NCBI GenBank assembly: GCA_022823725.1 | Contig: JAJEHL010000023.1 | Coordinates: forward strand, 65,561-129,560 | Direction of reading: 5' to 3' | DNA length: 64,000 bases | Source: Candidatus Latescibacterota bacterium | GTDB taxonomy: Bacteria; Latescibacterota; UBA2968 | Part shown: piece after piece, positions 57,138 through 64,000 of the stretch | Position numbering within the stretch: the first letter of the stretch is position 1 | Layout of the letters: each line of letters begins with the position of its first letter | Position numbers and translations under genes: made by a program | The notes under the pieces: generated by a model | Seen by the model: only the letters and a program-made list of their open reading frames with translations | The model's database searches: none | Told to the model about the DNA's origin: nothing

Positions 57138-58015
57138 ATTATCGCATCACACACCAGACCCACTACGAATATACAGAGACCGTGAGCCTGTGCCACAATC
57201 AAGCCCGATTGAGCCCGCGTAGTTTTTTCAATCAGACATGCTTGAATAGCCACATCGACATCGATCCACAGCCAGCATCTTTTCGCGAACGAATAGATTT
57301 TTTTGGCAATCGCGCCGCCTATTTCTCCATCGAACAACCCCACAATATCCTCTCAGTTACAGCCACAAGCGATGTGCATATCGCATCGCAAACCCAGTTG
57401 ACCAGCGATATGCCCTGGGAAACCGTGTGTCACATCCTCAAAACCACAACCGATCCCGCCCTTCTTCCAGTGCGCCAATTCGTACTCGATTCTCCCAAAG
57501 TCTATACCGAACCCGAATTGACAAAATATGCAGAACCGTCATTTTCTAAAGACCGTCCCCTCATAGAAACGGTTAGCGACCTCACCCAGCGCATCTACAA
57601 CGACTTTGAATACGTACCGGGATTCACCACCATAAGCACGCCGTTATCCGATGTGTTCAAACACCGCAAAGGCGTGTGTCAAGACTTTGCCCACCTCGCC
57701 ATCGGCTGCCTCCGCGCGATGGGTCTGGCCGCGCGATATATCAGCGGCTACCTCGAGACCCTGTCCTCTTCCGACAAAGAGCACCTGATTGGCGCGGATG
57801 CCTCCCACGCATGGTTCTCTGTGTACCTGCCCAATCACGGCTGGATCGACTTTGACCCAACCAACAACCTCATCCCCCCTGACCGGCACGTCACCTTAGC
57901 ATGGGGCCGCGACTTTGCCGACGTCACCCCTCTCAAAGGTGTGGTCATAGGCGGTGGTCAACACGCGCTTACCGTATCTGTCACCGTAGAACCGATTTTG
58001 TGCCTGATTAAATGA
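57134..58015 (+). CDS. Transglutaminase-like cysteine peptidase/ligase with Bact_transglu_N domain
   Basis: 293 aa. N-terminal MNYRITHQTHYEYTETV is Bact_transglu_N. The core GVCQDFAHLAIGCLRAMGLAARYISGY carries the catalytic Cys, followed by DASHAWFSVYLPNHGWIDFDPTN with His and Asp. ATGA overlap with the upstream gene. Confidence 0.85.
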   Translation: MNYRITHQTHYEYTETVSLCHNQARLSPRSFFNQTCLNSHIDIDPQPASFRERIDFFGNRAAYFSIEQPHNILSVTATSDVHIASQTQLTSDMPWETVCHILKTTTDPALLPVRQFVLDSPKVYTEPELTKYAEPSFSKDRPLIETVSDLTQRIYNDFEYVPGFTTISTPLSDVFKHRKGVCQDFAHLAIGCLRAMGLAARYISGYLETLSSSDKEHLIGADASHAWFSVYLPNHGWIDFDPTNNLIPPDRHVTLAWGRDFADVTPLKGVVIGGGQHALTVSVTVEPILCLIK

Positions 58016-58037
58016 AGTGAACTAATCAAAATAAAAC

Positions 58038-58072
58038 AGTCCTACCGAATCCGATAGGACTATTATTTTTTT
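58038..58072 (+). terminator. Rho-independent terminator after the ATP-grasp/TGase operon
   Basis: agtccta-ccgaatccga-taggact stem-loop followed by attattttttt. Confidence 0.5.
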
Positions 58073-58085
58073 GCTGTGTTTTTAC

Positions 58086-59198
58086 TCACGCCTCTACAAC
58101 CGCTTTCATAACCGTCACCTTCTCCAGACGTTCGGGAATCAGATCAAATCCAACGCCTGGTGTTTCATCCAGCACCACATTGCAATATTCATCCTGCTCA
58201 ATCCACCGATCTGTAATATCTTCAACGTAAAACTTGCGGGAGGGAAACACATCTGCCGGATAGTTAAATCCCGGTAACGTACCCAGCGCCGCACAAATCC
58301 CGGCACCAACACCACTCTCTAACATCCCACCCACCCACGCATCCATCCCCGCATCGCGTGCCATGTCGTGAATTTTCACGGCATTTAACAAGCCGCCCAC
58401 GCGGCCGGGTTTCACATTGATCACGCGACATGCGCCAATTTTCAGAGCGAGTTCAAAATCCCGTGGACGTTTAACCGACTCATCCAAACACACAGGCGTT
58501 TCAATTTGGCTTTGCAACTCCGCGTGCTCAATCAGATCCAGATGATCTAAGGGCTGTTCAATCATCGCCAAATTGAACTGATCAAATGCCTTGAGCGTGT
58601 CAAAATCCGCATTTAAATCATATCCCGAGTTGCAATCCACATGAATCACCGGATCGGGAAAAGCCGAGCGCACGGCCTTGAGCATCTCAATATCCCATCC
58701 GTGTCGCACCTTCAACTTGATACGCGGATACCCCGCATCCACAGCCCCCTGAATCAGCGATAAAAGTTCATCAATCGTATCCTGCACGCCAAAATCAGCA
58801 CCACATGCCACCGCAGAATCGGTCGCACCCAGCGACTGCCAGAGCGGTATATCCTTCAACACGCTATCCAATGCCCACCACGCGGTCTCCACAGCCGCTT
58901 TGGCAAAAGGATTGCCTTTAAACACCGCAATCCGCGCCAACAGTTCCGCCGCCGTCTCTATCTGCTCCCCCACCATAAGGGGCAAAAAAAACTCCCGCGC
59001 CGTTTCGTAAACAGATCGGGCCGACTCGGACGAATAAGTCGGCGCGTAAAACGGCGTAGCCTCACCCCAGGCAGCGGTCCCTCCACCCGAAAGTTTAACC
59101 ATCACCGAATGAATCGTCGCATCCTCACCATAAGCCGTGCGCCACGGCGAAATCAGCGGCAACTCGACATATCGAATCTCTGCTGCATCAATTTTCAC
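58086..59198 (-). CDS. Enolase-superfamily enzyme, MR/MLE subgroup (OSBS / N-acylamino-acid racemase / dipeptide epimerase-like)
   Basis: 370 aa. N-terminal capping domain. KLKVRHGW KxK motif. Metal ligands in the IEQPL, DESV and D contexts. C-terminal barrel strands. Confidence 0.8.
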   Translation of the reverse strand: MKIDAAEIRYVELPLISPWRTAYGEDATIHSVMVKLSGGGTAAWGEATPFYAPTYSSESARSVYETAREFFLPLMVGEQIETAAELLARIAVFKGNPFAKAAVETAWWALDSVLKDIPLWQSLGATDSAVACGADFGVQDTIDELLSLIQGAVDAGYPRIKLKVRHGWDIEMLKAVRSAFPDPVIHVDCNSGYDLNADFDTLKAFDQFNLAMIEQPLDHLDLIEHAELQSQIETPVCLDESVKRPRDFELALKIGACRVINVKPGRVGGLLNAVKIHDMARDAGMDAWVGGMLESGVGAGICAALGTLPGFNYPADVFPSRKFYVEDITDRWIEQDEYCNVVLDETPGVGFDLIPERLEKVTVMKAVVEA

Positions 59199-59214
59199 CT
59201 GAAGATCCTCACAT

Positions 59215-59260
59215 AAATAAAAAAAGAGGTTCCAGATGCTCCTGCATGCCCTGGAACCTC
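59215..59260 (-). terminator. Rho-independent terminator for the minus-strand gene(s) ending at 59407
   Basis: gaggttccag-(15 nt loop)-ctggaacctc 10 bp stem. The plus-strand A-run at 59215-59225 gives a T-run on the minus strand. Confidence 0.45.
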
Positions 59261-59406
59261 CCGGAGAAATTTATTTCACATTATTCAACAACATCTTGGA
59301 TAGCAGATAAACACCGCGCCGTCATGACAGACAAAAACCTCTGGATCGCGGCTTAAAAACATACCGCGATGACGGCTCTGTTAATGGGTACGGTTGAAGG
59401 GACTAC

Positions 59407-59952
59407 TTATTCAACCACATCAAAATCATGGAAATCTTCACCGGCTTCGAGTGATAGGATTTCCAGAGCGGTCGCGGCACCCTGCCCTGCGGAAATAATT
59501 GCCTGCGTGCGGATGAGGCGCGTATTCCAACCCACTGCAAAAAGCCCCTCAACCGAAGTGCGACCATCGCCATCGGCAACAATACCCTTGTTCTCCTTAG
59601 CCAAACTCAGATCCTCGGCCAATTTGGTATTTGTGCCAGTGGCTAAAATGAGATACTTACCCTCTCTTCGATCTCCATCCGCCGTTGTAACCGCAAAACC
59701 GCCATCGGTCTTTTCGGCATCGGTCACTTCTACATCCTCAACTGTGCCGCCCAAATTCTGGACCTGTGCCCGCCCTACCCGCTGAAACTCACTCCCCGTC
59801 ATCTCGGGAATGCCCAGATAATTGTAAAGCATCGCCTTGTGCATCGGCGTCCCATCTTGCCCAAACACCGTCACATTCTGACCATTCTTCGCCAAAAACA
59901 ACGCGGCACTCAACCCCGCAGGCCCATCGCCTATAATCAAAACATCTGCCAT
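59407..59952 (-). CDS. Compact FAD-binding oxidoreductase (thioredoxin-reductase-like FAD domain without an NADPH domain)
   Basis: 181 aa. VLIIGDGPAGLSAALFLAKNG is the N-terminal dinucleotide motif. The C-terminal GLFAVGWNT resembles the TrxR GxFAAGD FAD motif. There is no second Rossmann insert. Confidence 0.6.
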   Translation of the reverse strand: MADVLIIGDGPAGLSAALFLAKNGQNVTVFGQDGTPMHKAMLYNYLGIPEMTGSEFQRVGRAQVQNLGGTVEDVEVTDAEKTDGGFAVTTADGDRREGKYLILATGTNTKLAEDLSLAKENKGIVADGDGRTSVEGLFAVGWNTRLIRTQAIISAGQGAATALEILSLEAGEDFHDFDVVE

Positions 59953-59989
59953 GACATATCCTTTCTTAGAATTGTGATAGGAGTAACGG

Positions 59990-60256
59990 TTAGACGTATT
60001 GCTGTCCTGTCAATATTATCCGTGGTGTATGAACAATGCCCAGCAAGCCATCGATTGACAAATCCTCGTCAATTAACGGCCAGTGAATGCCGTAACCCGA
60101 GGGAGAAATCTCATACATATTTCTCGCTTCGACAGATGCCTCCTGCAATGCTGGTGAAATCTCACTGAGCACAAACTTTTTTGTTTCCCCATCAATGGTT
60201 ACAAACATTTCATCACCATTAAAATGAAGGTCTCTTACATCGTGATATTTTTTCAT
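59990..60256 (-). CDS. DUF2442-family small protein
   Basis: 88 aa. Ends ...GYGIHWPLIDEDLSIDGLLG, matching the DUF2442 WP.lDeDis..gLl signature. Confidence 0.65.
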   Translation of the reverse strand: MKKYHDVRDLHFNGDEMFVTIDGETKKFVLSEISPALQEASVEARNMYEISPSGYGIHWPLIDEDLSIDGLLGIVHTPRIILTGQQYV

Positions 60257-60510
60257 TGTCGGCGCCTCCGTTCAAACGCATCCCATTCCTGTTCAATATA
60301 TTCAAAATGTTCAAAAATGATCTTCTTAATTTCTCTGCGATCTCGGGGTGATAAATTAAAAGCATAAGCTTCTTCGAGATCAAAATTTTCTCTGTCGAGC
60401 CAATATTTGCATTCTCTTTCTCCTTTTCTGCAATGAATATGAGCCGGCTCATTACCTTCATTGGAAAAAAAGAAAAGTCGCCAGCCTGAAATCAATAGTA
60501 TTGTTGGCAT
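60253..60510 (-). CDS. DUF4160-family small protein
   Basis: 85 aa. Starts MPTI and contains PAHIHCRKGE (conserved MPTI...PPHFH). ATGA overlap with the DUF2442 gene. Confidence 0.65.
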   Translation of the reverse strand: MPTILLISGWRLFFFSNEGNEPAHIHCRKGERECKYWLDRENFDLEEAYAFNLSPRDRREIKKIIFEHFEYIEQEWDAFERRRRQ

Positions 60511-60531
60511 TTCAAATTAGTATCCCAGACT

Positions 60532-62559
60532 CTATTCATCCAGTAATTTTTCCAGTGCCTCGGCATCTGTGACGGGTTCTGAGCAAACAAAATTGCGACA
60601 TACATAAGCCGTAGCGCGTCCATCGATCATACCGCGATTTTTCAGAAGTGGAATAGCGTCAGACACGGGATCACTACCCCCGCATAACACGACATTGGGT
60701 CGCCATGTTTTATTCACCACATTGAGCAGTGCAACCGTATCCTCACTATCTCGATCGCCCAAAATAGCAACCTCCACAGCCCCTCGCAAATAGAGATCCA
60801 GGGCACAAATCATATTGCCAAATCCCGACGGCACCTCCCGAATATGCCTCCCAAAAAGATGCAAAATGCGAGCACCCATATCCCGCCAATCTTCGCGCTC
60901 CAGCAGCGTTCCCAATCGCAACAGAGCCATCGCCCCCATCGAATTACCAGACGGTGTGGCATTATCAAAGGGATTTTTTGAACGCACGATCAACTCCTCG
61001 TGATCTCTCCCCGTATAAAAAAACCCGCCATCTTCTCGATCCCAAAATTGATCGATCATCACCTCCGTAAAATCGCGAGCAGCAATGAGATAAGAAGGCT
61101 CAAAACTCGCCTCGTACAGATCGACTAACCCAACGATCAAACAGGCATAATCATCCTGATAGGCATTGAAACGCGCGCGACCATCTTTACAGGTATGCAA
61201 CAAAAGCCCGCGATCTGTACGCATATTCTCCAGGATAAATTGAGCCGCATCTGATGCACTTTCCAGATAAATGGGATCGCCAAATGCCCGATACGCCTGG
61301 GCAAAAGCCGAAATCATCAGCCCATTCCAACTCACCTGAATTTTTTCATCTCGCCCGGGTTTCACGCGCTCTTCTCGCGCCTTGAACAATATTGCACACC
61401 TGCGTGCCATTGCGTCTTCATTCACCTCATAAATACGAGGAGTATTCAGGATATTTTTACCTTCAAAATTGCCCTGCTCCGTCACATCGAAATACCGACA
61501 AAACGCCGCCCCGTCTTCTTCTCCCAATAAATCCATCACCTCCTGCGGCGTCCACACAAAAAACTTGCCCTCTTCCCCTTCGCTATCGGCATCTTGCGTC
61601 GAATAAAAACCACCTTCTGGCGCAGTCATCTCTCGGCGCGTATAATCCAGAACGGACCTGGCAATACGCGCAAAAAACGGTTGTCTCGTCATCTGATAAG
61701 TATGCGTATAAAGCTGTGTGAGCAGCGCGTTGTCATACAGCATCTTCTCAAAATGGGGTACCAACCAGCGGCTATCCACAGAATAGCGATGAAATCCTCC
61801 GCCGATCTGATCGTAAATGCCTCCCCGCGCCATTTTTTCGAGTGTCAATGTCACCATCGCGCGTGCCTCTATGTCCCCCGTACGTAAATAGGTTCGCAAA
61901 AACACGTCGAGATTCATCGAATTTGGGAACTTGGGCTGTGTGCCAAACCCGCCATTTTGAAAATCAAAATTCGATCTGATCTTTTGAAATGCACCGTCAA
62001 AATCCGTCTCAGTCAGGTCATCTGCCAGCGCATCAATACGCGCCATCGCCCGCAAGTGCTCGTGCAATCGATTCGCCACATCTGCGACATTATCACCTTT
62101 TTCCCGATAATGCCTGGCAACGGATTCCAGAACCTGAGGAAAACCCGGTATGTTGTGCCTGCTCTCAGGCGGAAAATACGTGCCTCCGTAAAACGGAACA
62201 CCCTGCGGCGTCAAAAACACACTCATAGGCCATCCACCGGAACCGGTCATAACCTGTACCGCATTCATATAAATTTCATCGACATCGGGGCGTTCTTCCC
62301 GATCGACCTTCACATTGACAAAATGCGCGTTCATAATCTGCGCGATTTCCTCATTTTCAAAACACTCGTGCTCCATCACATGGCACCAGTGACAGGCCGC
62401 ATATCCCACGCTTAAAAAAATGGGCTTGTCTTCATCCCGAGCCTTTTCAAACGCCTCTTCCCCCCACGGAAACCACGCAACGGGATTGTGTGCATGCTGC
62501 AACAAATACGGGCTGGTCTCGTGGACCAATCTATTGGTATCTCTTCTATCGTCCATCAC
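60532..62559 (-). CDS. Thioredoxin-domain protein YyaL (DUF255 N-domain plus six-hairpin glycosidase-like C-domain)
   Basis: 675 aa. [22 protein letters not shown]...[18 protein letters not shown] is the canonical DUF255 CxxC region. Confidence 0.85.
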   Translation of the reverse strand: MMDDRRDTNRLVHETSPYLLQHAHNPVAWFPWGEEAFEKARDEDKPIFLSVGYAACHWCHVMEHECFENEEIAQIMNAHFVNVKVDREERPDVDEIYMNAVQVMTGSGGWPMSVFLTPQGVPFYGGTYFPPESRHNIPGFPQVLESVARHYREKGDNVADVANRLHEHLRAMARIDALADDLTETDFDGAFQKIRSNFDFQNGGFGTQPKFPNSMNLDVFLRTYLRTGDIEARAMVTLTLEKMARGGIYDQIGGGFHRYSVDSRWLVPHFEKMLYDNALLTQLYTHTYQMTRQPFFARIARSVLDYTRREMTAPEGGFYSTQDADSEGEEGKFFVWTPQEVMDLLGEEDGAAFCRYFDVTEQGNFEGKNILNTPRIYEVNEDAMARRCAILFKAREERVKPGRDEKIQVSWNGLMISAFAQAYRAFGDPIYLESASDAAQFILENMRTDRGLLLHTCKDGRARFNAYQDDYACLIVGLVDLYEASFEPSYLIAARDFTEVMIDQFWDREDGGFFYTGRDHEELIVRSKNPFDNATPSGNSMGAMALLRLGTLLEREDWRDMGARILHLFGRHIREVPSGFGNMICALDLYLRGAVEVAILGDRDSEDTVALLNVVNKTWRPNVVLCGGSDPVSDAIPLLKNRGMIDGRATAYVCRNFVCSEPVTDAEALEKLLDE

Positions 62560-62563
62560 ATCC

Positions 62564-63991
62564 TCACCTGAAAGACAACACCGTTGTTAACGGTCGCCCC
62601 GGTTGAATCTTTTGCAACGTCTCATATTCATACCCCTCCCACCGGTTAGACCACGTATAAATCTCTTCAAAAATCTGCGACCGCACATAACGACCACCGG
62701 GCAATACCACTTCGAGAACCAGATTGCCAAGCGTTATCTCACTTCCCTCAGCTGGTTCAATACGCACCTTATTTTCCATCTGCAAACAAGCGAGTGCGTT
62801 GGGAGGCAAAGAGAGGCGACTGGGCGTAAAATTATCTGCACGCGGCAAAAGGCCCATCTCATTCCCATTGAGAAATACACGCGCATCTCCCATACTATCC
62901 CAGGCACAAAAACGGAGAATTCCCTGGCGAATACGCTGCAGATTTGCTTCAATGAGTTGGGCTGGAGGCGCGGGATCCATCGTCCAAAAAGTTTGAATGT
63001 CACCAGGCCGAAACCAACGCACCATGGCCTCGACCCCGCGGTTAATATGATGCCATTCCACACGCGCCTGGCCCTGTGAAACATATCCCATAAACCATCC
63101 CGGAGCGGTATTTTCAATATATCCGGGCCAAATGGCCATGAGATCATCGGGCGTGGGCAAAAGGGCTTGAACGTGGTTGAGCGGAAGTGGCGGCGCGTCA
63201 GACAACCCGACCAGAGCACCCATACACTGCAACACTGGCAAATAGGGCGTGCGGTGCAACACAATGCTTTGATTGTGTGAATGCCCACAAAAATAGGCAT
63301 CAATCGCGTGTCGAGACAAAAGATTGACCATATCCGTCTGAAAATCGCGATTATAAAAAAAAGCGCGGGCTACCGGCCAGATAGGGTGATGCCCCAATAA
63401 AAAGGACGGTGCATAAGCATTCTCTGCCAACACGGCATCGAGCCACTGGCATTGCTCGGTATTCCAAAACGGCGTATCCAGAACAATAAACTGGCAACCA
63501 TCCACCTCAAACGAAAAATAATGCGCCCTGGGTGCCTCACCTAAAAACTGTGCAATACGAAGCCCCACAACCTCATCAAAAGCCGAGGTGCCATCGTGAT
63601 TGCCACGAGCGACGATCAGGGGAATATCGCATGTGGCAAAAAAATCCAGCGCAGCCTTGAGATTCTCGCGGTGGCATTCTGGATCCAGCGGGGGTTCGGC
63701 CACATCACCGGTCAAAACTATAAAGTCCGGTTTGAGATGGCGCAGCGCATCCATCATTGGCGCGAGCGAATAGGTCACATTTTCCACATATCCCTCAGTG
63801 CTGAGCGGCCTTGTCGCGTCAAAAGCCTGCCCGATAAAATCTCGCGTCACAAAATGCGTATCACTCACAACCGCAAATGAAAAAGGCCGCTTGAGATGTT
63901 TGATAGACTCAGGTATCACAAAATCCTCCCCTGGCAATGTGAGATAATGTAACCCTTTTTTTTCCGATAAACAAGCGCGCCCAAAAAACAA
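62564..63991 (-). CDS. Calcineurin-like metallophosphoesterase
   Basis: 475 aa. Metal-binding motifs [19 protein letters not shown] and GHSHN. Confidence 0.75.
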   Translation of the reverse strand: MFFGRACLSEKKGLHYLTLPGEDFVIPESIKHLKRPFSFAVVSDTHFVTRDFIGQAFDATRPLSTEGYVENVTYSLAPMMDALRHLKPDFIVLTGDVAEPPLDPECHRENLKAALDFFATCDIPLIVARGNHDGTSAFDEVVGLRIAQFLGEAPRAHYFSFEVDGCQFIVLDTPFWNTEQCQWLDAVLAENAYAPSFLLGHHPIWPVARAFFYNRDFQTDMVNLLSRHAIDAYFCGHSHNQSIVLHRTPYLPVLQCMGALVGLSDAPPLPLNHVQALLPTPDDLMAIWPGYIENTAPGWFMGYVSQGQARVEWHHINRGVEAMVRWFRPGDIQTFWTMDPAPPAQLIEANLQRIRQGILRFCAWDSMGDARVFLNGNEMGLLPRADNFTPSRLSLPPNALACLQMENKVRIEPAEGSEITLGNLVLEVVLPGGRYVRSQIFEEIYTWSNRWEGYEYETLQKIQPGRPLTTVLSFR

Positions 63992-64000
63992 ACGCGGGCT

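Noticed and set aside
1-64000. CRISPR arrays, tRNA/rRNA genes, transposases/integrases, prophage genes
   Set aside because: Scanned all intergenic spacers. There are no regularly spaced direct repeats, no tRNA-like T-arm/acceptor motifs, and no IS-like or phage-like ORFs. The intergenic repeats found are REP-like palindromes, not CRISPR repeats.

Overview
This is a gene-dense bacterial chromosomal window. It looks moderately GC-rich by eye, and many genes have AGGAGG-type Shine-Dalgarno sites. I could support about 55 protein-coding genes and found no rRNA, tRNA, CRISPR array, transposase or integrase.

The main blocks are:
- **1-12.9 kb, accessory catabolic/uptake island:** Gfo/Idh/MocA oxidoreductase, D-serine dehydratase-like PLP enzyme, Tat-signal beta-helix protein, creatininase-like amidohydrolase, TonB-dependent receptor, two DapA-family lyases flanking a COG4091-like SAF-domain dehydrogenase, and a TauD dioxygenase.
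- **12.9-23.9 kb, housekeeping:** purM, cinA, an ABC exporter pair (YbbA/YbbP-like) with an adjacent TesA-like lipase, recD2, an outer-membrane porin and tsaC.
- **24.0-36.0 kb, minus-strand run:** a giant secreted NHL/FG-GAP/dockerin protein, a MetE-like methyltransferase, Wzz and Wza polysaccharide export genes, then thrB, hemW, lepB and lepA.
- **36.3-50.9 kb, plus-strand run:** yicC, gmk, rpoZ, coaBC, udg, dnaB, radA, kptA, a diadenylate-cyclase-domain protein, a GT-C membrane protein, a TPR lipoprotein, MoxR, DUF58, a GldA/GldF-like ABC pair and a second Gfo/Idh/MocA oxidoreductase.
- **51-64 kb:** a Rieske-fusion protein divergent from a four-gene circularly-permuted ATP-grasp x2 / alpha-E / transglutaminase operon, followed by an enolase-superfamily enzyme, a mini FAD protein, a DUF4160/DUF2442 gene pair, a YyaL thioredoxin-domain protein and a metallophosphoesterase.

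The points most worth a second look are:
- the ATP-grasp/alpha-E/transglutaminase putative peptide-ligase system;
- a modular palindromic intergenic repeat family with at least five copies;
- a DacZ/DisA-like cyclase-domain gene downstream of radA and kptA, carrying an RHV variant of the RHR motif.

All functional calls come from reading the translated ORFs for conserved motifs. No database search was run.
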